Of a stretch of 64,000 nt of DNA, positions 56,979 through 64,000 are shown in pieces. Origin of the DNA: Candidatus Undinarchaeota archaeon. Lineage in GTDB: Archaea; SpSt-1190; JASMDC01. The notes under the pieces are model-generated. The model had not been told where the DNA came from, made no database searches, and saw only the letters and a program-made list of their open reading frames with translations. The position numbers and the translations under genes are program-made. The stretch is from NCBI GenBank assembly GCA_964519305.1, contig CAZFHY010000014.1:47448-111447 (forward strand). The letters are read 5' to 3'. Each line of letters starts with the position of its first letter. The stretch's first letter is position 1.

Positions 56979-57800
56979 ATGGATTCTATCTTGAGCAATG
57001 AGTACGTGGACCTTGGCTTGGAGGTGTATCAACCGGACGACCTCGTGCCCGGACAGGACACGTGCAACCTCGCCTTCGACGTCCATGTCGACGGAAAGAG
57101 GATCGACAAGCTCGAGTACGACCTGGAGTTCCATGCACCGTCCTATGGCGACATCCCGCCCGAGATCTCTTTTAGCGAGGACTTCTCCGATGGCCAGACG
57201 CGCTATCGGGGCAAGGAGGTCAAGGCCTTCCTCGGCACGGGGATCATCCAGGGGACCAAGGAGTTCCTCAAGGCGGGATTCCTCGCCGCAGGCGCATTCC
57301 TGGGCATGGGGGCCGGTCCGTACGCCCCGATAGCCGCGGTAGGTATGGGCGCCGTTGGCGCCACGGTCGGCCGGTACGTCGGTGACAAGCTCGGCGACTA
57401 CGTGGAGTCCAAGCAGACGTACAAGTTCAGCCAGGAGCATGATTGGGGCAAGCGCTCCTTCGGCACCAGCAAGGCCACCATGGACCGCCTCGAAGAGGAC
57501 TTCATCAACCTGCCCGACGAGATGGTCCCGACCACCGAGTACAACGAACGTGCTCTGCACACCAAGCTCAAGCTCAACCGTGACGCCGGTACCGTCGTCG
57601 ACAACACCTTCGTGAGCGTCCGATATGACGTGCGCCACGACAAGGACCACTACATGCCGTTCAGCCTGACGGTGAAGTACAAGCCCAAGGGCGAGAGGAA
57701 GCAGGAGAAGGTGGTCCGCGGGTACGCCGTGTTCCACGACGACAAGTTCTCGCGAGTGGAGCTTCTCAAGGACGGGGAGCCCGGGGCAGAGGACTGCTAG
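56979..57800 (+). CDS. Hypothetical protein with glycine-zipper hydrophobic hairpin
   Basis: AAGAFLGMGAGP..AVGMGAVGATVGRYVG; BRE-TATA (GAAAACTATATA) upstream. Confidence 0.7.
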   Translation: MDSILSNEYVDLGLEVYQPDDLVPGQDTCNLAFDVHVDGKRIDKLEYDLEFHAPSYGDIPPEISFSEDFSDGQTRYRGKEVKAFLGTGIIQGTKEFLKAGFLAAGAFLGMGAGPYAPIAAVGMGAVGATVGRYVGDKLGDYVESKQTYKFSQEHDWGKRSFGTSKATMDRLEEDFINLPDEMVPTTEYNERALHTKLKLNRDAGTVVDNTFVSVRYDVRHDKDHYMPFSLTVKYKPKGERKQEKVVRGYAVFHDDKFSRVELLKDGEPGAEDC

Positions 57801-57911
57801 GTCCTTAGCCTGGATGACATCTCATTCTACAAGTGTCAGCTTTATCGAGCTCATCCTCTGGGAGAAAGGTGTTGAAGGGGGCCCGCAGACCCCCTCCGGT
57901 CCACTATCGCT

Positions 57912-58286
57912 TCATTCCTTTGGCCTGAACCTGAAGCCTTCGATGGTCTCTTCGCCGAGCGTTCGCAGCATGCCCCAGTCGGGGACGAGCTTCATGCCCA
58001 TCTCGACCTCTTCGGGCTTGGCAAGGACCTGTCCCGTAGCGCGCACGGGCTCGTCGAAGCCGTCGAACGAGACGATGCCGAGCACCAGCGGTCTGGTCTT
58101 CACGCCCGTGGGCACGGCAGTGAGCACCGTGTAGGTGACAAGGCTCGCCTCGGCGCCCAGGGGCACCTCCTCGAACTCACGCGCACCGCACTTCGTGCAC
58201 ACGTCGTGGGCGGGGTACATGACCTTGCCGCACTTCGTGCACCGCTGACCGATCATCTTTCTTTCCTCGTCCTCCATCTCAGTCAC
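57912..58286 (-). CDS. DUF35 zinc-ribbon/OB-fold protein
   Basis: RCTKCGKVMYP...CTKCG, LVTYTV..VP. Confidence 0.9.
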   Translation of the reverse strand: MTEMEDEERKMIGQRCTKCGKVMYPAHDVCTKCGAREFEEVPLGAEASLVTYTVLTAVPTGVKTRPLVLGIVSFDGFDEPVRATGQVLAKPEEVEMGMKLVPDWGMLRTLGEETIEGFRFRPKE

Positions 58287-59457
58287 CTCGCTCCAGGATG
58301 TGGGCCACGACGTTGTTGCCGAACCCTCCGAAGTTCACCGTGAAGGCGCGCTGGGCTCCGTCGACCTGTCGCTCGCCGGCATCGCCGCGCAGCTGCCACG
58401 TGCACTCCACGAGCTGGGCAGCTCCTGTTGCGCCCACGGGGTGGCCTCTGGCCTTGAGCCCGCCGGACGGATTGATCGGGAGCTTCCCGCCTATCTGAGT
58501 GACGCCCTCGCGAAGGGCCTCGGCGCACTTCCCGGGCTTGAAGAAGCCGGCGTTCTCGCTCTCGGCGAACTCCAGGATGGTGAACGCGTCGTGCAGCTCT
58601 AGGAAGTCGATGTCCTTTCGCTCGACGCCCGCCATGGTAAAAGCCCTGTCGGCAGCCGTCCGCACGCTCTTGAGCACCAACGGATCGGGCCGCTCGTGCA
58701 CGGCATGCAGGTCGGTCCCCTGCCCCACGCCCGCGATGCGGACCGGGGTGTCGCAGTACTCCTTGGCCTTCTCCAGAGGACAGATGATGAACGCAGCGGC
58801 ACCGTCGCTCACCGGGCACATGTCGTAGAGCCTGAGCGGGTCCGCGATGACCGGGTTGTTGAGCTTGGCCTCCCGCGAGAGCAGGATGCCCTCGAGGGTG
58901 ATCTTCTGGTGGATGTGGGCGTAGGGATTTAGCATACCGTTGTCATGGTTCTTCACGGCGATGTTGGCAAGGTCCTCGCTGGTGATGCCATATTTGTCCA
59001 TGTACAATCGTGCGAACATCCCCGCCAGAGATGGCAGGGTGACGCCATGGATGTACTCGGCCTGAGGATGGCTCATCATGGCGACGAAATCAGTGATCGT
59101 CCCACCGGATGCGACACGCATGCGCTCGCCCCCGGCCACCATAACGCAGTCCGAGTAGCCGCTGGCCACCTCGAAGAATCCCAGCTTGGCGGCGTTCTGA
59201 CCTGACGCTGGACCGTTCTCGATGGCCACGGCCGAGGTCTTACCCAGCAGCCCGAGCCGGTCGATGACGGCCGACGCGAGAGCGGTCTGTCGGTTGATGG
59301 CACCGGCGCCCATGTTGGCCACGTACACCGAGTCGATGCCCGGGTTCCCGCAGTCGTCCATGGCCGCAAGACAGGCAGTGGCGATCATCTCGTCCAGAGC
59401 GCTGTTAAGGCGCCCGAACTTGGTCATGCCAACGCCGACGATAGCGACGTCGCGCAC
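58279..59457 (-). CDS. Thiolase-superfamily protein (SCP2-type) lacking the nucleophilic Cys
   Basis: VGVGMTKFG, ENGPASG (canonical ENACASG), KNH.NG..NPYAH, PVSDGAAA, ELHDAF, NPSGGL.ARGHPVGATG. Confidence 0.92.
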   Translation of the reverse strand: MRDVAIVGVGMTKFGRLNSALDEMIATACLAAMDDCGNPGIDSVYVANMGAGAINRQTALASAVIDRLGLLGKTSAVAIENGPASGQNAAKLGFFEVASGYSDCVMVAGGERMRVASGGTITDFVAMMSHPQAEYIHGVTLPSLAGMFARLYMDKYGITSEDLANIAVKNHDNGMLNPYAHIHQKITLEGILLSREAKLNNPVIADPLRLYDMCPVSDGAAAFIICPLEKAKEYCDTPVRIAGVGQGTDLHAVHERPDPLVLKSVRTAADRAFTMAGVERKDIDFLELHDAFTILEFAESENAGFFKPGKCAEALREGVTQIGGKLPINPSGGLKARGHPVGATGAAQLVECTWQLRGDAGERQVDGAQRAFTVNFGGFGNNVVAHILERGD

Positions 59458-59460
59458 GAT

Positions 59461-60135
59461 CTATCCCTGCCCTGTGACGCGTCGCCTGATCTCTTCCGGC
59501 GGAGGTACTATGATCTCCTTGTTGGCCTCGATGATCTCGTCGGGAACAGGCCGCTCGCCGAAGAGCTTCTCGGGCTCCATGAAGGTCTTGAAGTTCTCCT
59601 TTGTGAGCACCCAGGAGTCCACGCCGCCCAGCTCGTGCTGGATCTCGTTCTTGGGCTCGAGCCTCAGCTCCTCCATCCAGCGGCGGAACCCGATGGGGCT
59701 CTCGGCCACGATGAGGACCTCTTCCTGGCCCAGCATGAAGTGGTACTCCATCTTGGCAGGGAACAGATGCGCACCCACGCGCAGTCCCCGCTTCAGGGCC
59801 ATGGTGTGATAGCTCATCCCGACCTTATCGTCCACGCACCGGCCGTTAACGATCCCGACGATCTCGCCGTCGATGAGGCCCACAAGGCAGTACTCGTCGC
59901 GAACGCGGTAGCGGTACCAGCCTAGCAGCTCGGCGTACACTCGTGATGCCACGATGTCGTAATAGTCCTTGGCGACTGTGGTCAGCGGGCGGACCGCTTC
60001 GAGGAGCTTGGGCACCTCTTCGCGTTCTGCCTGCCGGATCAGCAGCTTCTCTCCGCTCACAAGCGTGATAACCTTGGGCGGGTAGGGTTTCATCTCCCTT
60101 TCAGGAGGTCTCAGAAGGTCCTCGTCTCCAGCCAT
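59461..60135 (-). CDS. Putative GNAT-like N-acetyltransferase
   Basis: IRQAEREE, LVGLIDGEIVG, RGLRVGAHLF (acetyl-CoA loop-like); first gene of the operon. Confidence 0.65.
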   Translation of the reverse strand: MAGDEDLLRPPEREMKPYPPKVITLVSGEKLLIRQAEREEVPKLLEAVRPLTTVAKDYYDIVASRVYAELLGWYRYRVRDEYCLVGLIDGEIVGIVNGRCVDDKVGMSYHTMALKRGLRVGAHLFPAKMEYHFMLGQEEVLIVAESPIGFRRWMEELRLEPKNEIQHELGGVDSWVLTKENFKTFMEPEKLFGERPVPDEIIEANKEIIVPPPEEIRRRVTGQG

Positions 60136-60316
60136 GATTCGTCCCCCATAATCTGGGTGGGGGCGGATAGTGCCCAAATGCATTTAATCCTTGTGATGCG
60201 CCCGCCGTTGTTGTCATCACCGTCAGGTGGTCGCACAACAATCTATTAATAAGAGAAATAGTGCTAAACCCCGCCACGGTCCTTAGAGGACCGTGTGTTC
60301 AGAGGAATAGGGGACC

Positions 60317-61351
60317 ATGTACGGGATCGTGGACGTTGATCTGGAGACGGACGGGTACGCCGACGCGCTCGGGGCCGAGACGCGGCACGAGTCGGACGAC
60401 CTTGTCGCGAACAAGCTCTCGCAGTACGCCATCTCCGCCGCCACGCTCATTGGCGTCTCTTACGCTCTCGACGTGTTCACCTCCTTCTCGATCGCCCGCC
60501 TGACCAATGCGCGACAGGACCCTAACGAGTACCTCTCGCCGGAGGGCCAGGAGCGCGTAGCAAGTGTCATCGACACCGAGGAGGTCTGGAACGACATCTC
60601 CGAGAACCCGGACCAGTACTCGGGACAGGACATCGTCGAAAGGCTCCATGCAAAGGTGATGGTGCACCTGGATTACGACGACTCTTTTGCCGATACCGGA
60701 ATAGATCCCGCCGTCGACGACGGTTCGGGCATCTGTTTCGACTTCTCGGGCATGACCTACTCGGCCTTGCTCAAGCTCGCGGCCGACCACCCGGAGATCG
60801 CCGAGCAGGCCCAGGACGTGCGCTGGGTGTTCGGAGCCTCTGGCGAGGAGAACATCGGACATGCCTGGCTCCATATACGCGGAGAGGACGGCGCTTGGTA
60901 TAACTACGACGCCACCGTGGACTACGTGGAGAACGGTGTGGGCAACGCCGACATCGTCCACCAGTACCCGCCCGTGGACATGGGCAAGTACATCGACATG
61001 GGCAGCGTCCAGCAGGCGGCCGACGGCACCTATGACCATGACATGGTTTGGGAGAACATCCTCGTCCCCAAGATGTCCGCCGGTGAGCAGCTGCTCAACA
61101 TGTACGAGATGACGAGCGGCAACGACATCCCCAACAACATCGAGCAGTACCTGCCTGAGACGTTCATCGTCGTGGCCGGTACCAGCGGTATCTATACGGG
61201 CGTCAAGTGGACATTCGGGAAGGTCTGGGAGTGGATCAAGGGCCGTCGAGGTGGCGGTGGCGACGAGGGCGATGGCGACAGTGGTGGGGAGGGTCTCGAA
61301 CGCTACATCGAGGAGATGGAGCGCCGACACCGGCAGAAGGACGGCGAGTAG
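60317..61351 (+). CDS. Transglutaminase-like (papain-fold) membrane protein
   Basis: GICFDFS (Cys), GHAWL (His), W.NYDAT (Asp); flanking hydrophobic segments. Confidence 0.75.
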   Translation: MYGIVDVDLETDGYADALGAETRHESDDLVANKLSQYAISAATLIGVSYALDVFTSFSIARLTNARQDPNEYLSPEGQERVASVIDTEEVWNDISENPDQYSGQDIVERLHAKVMVHLDYDDSFADTGIDPAVDDGSGICFDFSGMTYSALLKLAADHPEIAEQAQDVRWVFGASGEENIGHAWLHIRGEDGAWYNYDATVDYVENGVGNADIVHQYPPVDMGKYIDMGSVQQAADGTYDHDMVWENILVPKMSAGEQLLNMYEMTSGNDIPNNIEQYLPETFIVVAGTSGIYTGVKWTFGKVWEWIKGRRGGGGDEGDGDSGGEGLERYIEEMERRHRQKDGE

Positions 61352-61482
61352 GTCACTTTCTCAGTATATGTACTGTGTATAGTCCCGGTCCAGCATGAGC
61401 AAAGACCGTCAAAGTACCCCCCGCTGCGGGGGAACAGTTCTTTTTCATACATCCAAGACATCGAGTTCACAAGGTGAGCGGT

Positions 61483-62547
61483 ATGACGACAACGATCAAG
61501 CTGGAAAGGCGCAGGGACGGCAACATCGCCGTGTCGCTCCCGTACGACAAGGAGCTCATCGACAGGATCAGGACCGTGACGGGCCGGGAGTGGCTCTGGG
61601 AGGAGAAGGTGTGGACCGTTCCGGAGACGTCCGGCATGGTGGAGGTGCTCCAGTCGCTGTTCTCCGATATGAGGGTGGAGGTCGATCCCTTGCTCCGTGG
61701 GAACGTCATGCCGATCGAGCGGATGCGGCGCGAGCTGGTGGCCAGGAAGTACAGCCCCAAGACCGTGAAGGCGTACGTGCGGACCAACGAGAGGATGCTC
61801 GAGATGGTCGAGAAGCGGCCTGATGACATCACCAGCGAGGACGTGCGCCGGTACCTGGCGCACCTCTCCCAGAACAGGGGAGCGTCCGCATCCACACTGA
61901 ACCAGGCCATCAACGCCCTCCGGTTCCTGTACGGGCGGATCATGGGCCGGAGGCTGGCCTACGACATCCATCGGCCAAAGAAGGACAAGCGGCTGCCGGT
62001 GGTCATGGGGCGGCAGGAGGTGGCCCGTCTGCTCAGGGGCGTGACCAATCTCAAGCACCGGACCATCCTCACCCTCACCTACTCCTCGGGGCTGCGTGTG
62101 AGCGAGGTCGTGCGCCTCCGCGTGCACGACGTGGACCGCGAGCGAAAGCTGCTCCACGTGCGGCGGGGGAAGGGGCGCAAGGACCGCTACACGGTGCTAT
62201 CGGGCATCGCCGAGTCATGCTTGGAGGGGTACATCGACGAGTACCGGCCGGTGAAGTGGCTCTTTCCCGGAGGGAACGGCCGGGGCCATCTCACAGAAAG
62301 GACGGTCCAGCACGTGTTCGAGCGGGCGTCGCGGAGGGCCGGGGTCAGGCCGGGCGCTACCGTCCACAGCCTGCGCCACAGCTTCGCCACCCACCTCCTC
62401 GAGGACGGAGTGGACCTGCGGTACATCCAGGAGCTCCTCGGGCACGCGAGCTGCAGGACGACGCAGATATACACCCACGTGACGAAGCGGGACCTGGTGC
62501 GGATCGTCAGCCCGCTGGACAGGTTCGGGGATGGGGGGGCGATATGA
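61483..62547 (+). mobile_element. Tyrosine recombinase/integrase (integron-integrase-related, SAM-like core-binding domain) with an extra N-terminal domain
   Basis: YSPKTVKAY, KRLPVV, GLRVSE (R), GKGRKDR (K), HSLRHSFATHLL (HxxR), LLGH, TTQIYTHV (Y), SPLD end. Confidence 0.93.
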
Positions 62548-62584
62548 GCACGGAGGGGGACGAATTGGGGGCCGAGGCGGAAGG

Positions 62585-62624
62585 TTTATATCCCGCGGTA
62601 TACCTAAGTATACCTAGGTATACC
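62585..62624 (+). promoter_or_regulatory. TATA box followed by three 10-bp-phased GTATAC palindromes (TA autoregulatory operator)
   Basis: TTTATAT 62585-62591; GGTATACC 62597, AGTATACC 62607, GGTATACC 62617; ATG at 62628. Confidence 0.7.
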
Positions 62625-62627
62625 ACA

Positions 62628-62921
62628 ATGCCCGCCGATGCCACCACCATCAAGCTCCACAAGGACACGAAGAATGAACTCGACGAATTCCGCCAGCACA
62701 GGAGCGAGAGCTACGACGAGATCGTGAGGAAACTCATGGTCATCGCTAGAAGGGAAGAGGCGGTCTGGAAGGAGCATCTGCCCTTCCTCAAGGAGATGCA
62801 GAAGAAGCTCGGGCTGGATGACGAGGGATTAAAGCGCGTATGGATCGCTCTTGTGACACAACCGTCCTTGGCAGATGATTGGTTGAGGCCTGAGGAGGAT
62901 GAGGCGTGGAAGGACCTGTGA
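62628..62921 (+). CDS. Antitoxin: RHH-like N-terminus plus DUF2281-like C-terminus
   Basis: TTIKL..DTK..L......ESYDEIVRKL; SLADDWLRPEEDEAWKDL tail; GTGA overlap with the toxin. Confidence 0.8.
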   Translation: MPADATTIKLHKDTKNELDEFRQHRSESYDEIVRKLMVIARREEAVWKEHLPFLKEMQKKLGLDDEGLKRVWIALVTQPSLADDWLRPEEDEAWKDL

Positions 62922-63238
62922 AGGGTGACGTCGTCATCGTCTCCCTTCCATTCACCGACTTCTCCAGTTGGAAGCGACGACCAGCTCTCGTCGTCGCCAA
63001 GGGTAGCGGCGAGGACCTCATCATATGCAGGATTACGAGCAGGTCGGTGAGGGATCAGTACGCCATAAAGATTGACCAGGATGACTTCGAATCGGGGTTT
63101 CTTAGGACGTCAAGCAACGTTCGCCCGAACAAGCTCATGACCATCCACCGAAGGTTGGTGATGTACAAGGCAGGTCGCCTTGCATGTGAGAAGGTCGATA
63201 GGATCGTCGAAAGATGTGTTGAGGTACTTAGGAAATGA
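62918..63238 (+). CDS. PemK/MazF family toxin
   Basis: KGDVVIVSLPFTD...KRRPALVV, ITS, SNVRPNKLMT. Confidence 0.92.
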   Translation: MKGDVVIVSLPFTDFSSWKRRPALVVAKGSGEDLIICRITSRSVRDQYAIKIDQDDFESGFLRTSSNVRPNKLMTIHRRLVMYKAGRLACEKVDRIVERCVEVLRK

Positions 63239-63281
63239 TGATGAATAAGGCGCCCACGTCGGAGCTGTCAGCAATCGATTC

Positions 63282-63326
63282 GTTATAAAACATAATGAAT
63301 AGTAATAAATAGTTACGAAACATAAT
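63282..63326 (+). repeat. Direct repeat GTTA(TA/CG)AAACATAAT x2 at 30-bp spacing
   Basis: 63282-63296 and 63312-63326; each begins with GTT-N4-AAC. Confidence 0.7.
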
Positions 63327-63354
63327 ATATTCTAGGAATAAACGGTGAACGATC

Positions 63355-63591
63355 ATGGTCCAGGCACTAATCACGTTGACAGATGAAGGGTCTCGGGTGG
63401 TCAATGTCGTTAAAGGATTGCACGGTTTCCGGAACAAGTCCCAAGCGATCGAGTACATCCTCCAGGTCTACGAAGAGGAACTCTTCGAACCGGAGCTAAG
63501 GCCTGAGTTCCTCGAGAAGATGAGGACGAGGCAGAAGGAGAAGACCGTCAAGGTCAAGGACTTCCGGAAGCATTTCGGGCTGAATGAGTGA
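63355..63591 (+). CDS. DUF2683-like antitoxin
   Basis: MVQALI......VVNVVK..HG..NKSQAI.....YEEE..EPELRPEF. Confidence 0.8.
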   Translation: MVQALITLTDEGSRVVNVVKGLHGFRNKSQAIEYILQVYEEELFEPELRPEFLEKMRTRQKEKTVKVKDFRKHFGLNE

Positions 63592-63860
63592 TGTATGATT
63601 ACGAGCTCAGGAAATCGGTCGAGAAGACCTTCTTCAAGCTAGCGAAGAAGGATCCCGGACAGCTTGAGATCATCTTCAAGAAGATCGACGAGATCGTGAT
63701 CAATCCTCATCGGTTCAAGAACCTTCGAAGACCACTCCAACACCTGAAACGGGTCCACATCGATAGTAACTTCGTGATGGTGTTCTCTGTGAATGATAGA
63801 AAATGAACCGCCATCATCGAGGATTACGATCATCACGATAACATCTACAAAAATGGATAG
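63588..63860 (+). pseudogene. RelE/YafQ-like toxin interrupted by an in-frame TGA at 63804-63806
   Basis: NPHRFKNLRRPLQHLKRVHI..FV.VF; the same frame continues after the TGA with TAIIEDYDHHDNIYKNG-stop. Confidence 0.75.
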
Positions 63861-64000
63861 TTCGGATTATCATACTGATCCTATGTGATATCTGAATGCC
63901 CGATATAGATTCCCTGACGTGGTGTATACGACATTACTTTCGGATACCACTCGGCTCAAGGGGCACAAACGTCATGCAGCATGTCGGATATAATGAGTTA

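Noticed and set aside
61362-61432. Palindromes upstream of the integrase (CAGTATATGTACTG; CCCCCG-CTG-CGGGGG) as attachment sites
   Set aside because: Both are short and have no matching partner or tRNA fragment in the window; they could equally be a terminator or operator.
61483-62547. Canonical integron integrase IntI or chromosomal XerA
   Set aside because: It lacks the IntI-specific insertion before the HxLRH box. The extra N-terminal domain and TA context argue against a plain XerA call, so no symbol was assigned.
63804-63806. Selenocysteine or genetic-code reassignment of TGA
   Set aside because: The position is not a Cys-equivalent site and TGA terminates many conserved genes in this window.

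Overview
GC-rich archaeal chromosomal window. It carries TFB, RpoL, aIF2-alpha, eS1/uS15/eL42/eS27, Nop10, GINS and class III signal peptides. The single-chain PriS-PriL primase suggests a DPANN-like lineage (inference). Contents in order: a complete trpEGDCFBA operon; two RecJ-like DHH proteins; two giant pilin-like surface proteins sharing an N-terminal module; a second stand-alone AEP primase-like gene; a cyclase/xanthine-dehydrogenase-family operon; the conserved information-processing cluster; a mosaic Cys-rich surface protein; a helicase; tryptophanase; a GNAT/Cys-less thiolase/DUF35 operon; and, at the right edge, a tyrosine recombinase followed by two toxin-antitoxin pairs. The strongest novel candidate is at the start of trpE. 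The only ATG near the promoter opens a 16-codon leader reading ATG AAA AGG AGG GAT CAT CTT TGG C, a prfB/RF2-like +1 slip site with a Trp codon where RF2 has its stop. A +1 shift there enters the TrpE frame, which has no ATG of its own upstream of the conserved region. This suggests tryptophan-sensing programmed frameshifting. No tRNA, rRNA or CRISPR array was recognised. All family assignments come from motif recognition by eye, not database searches.
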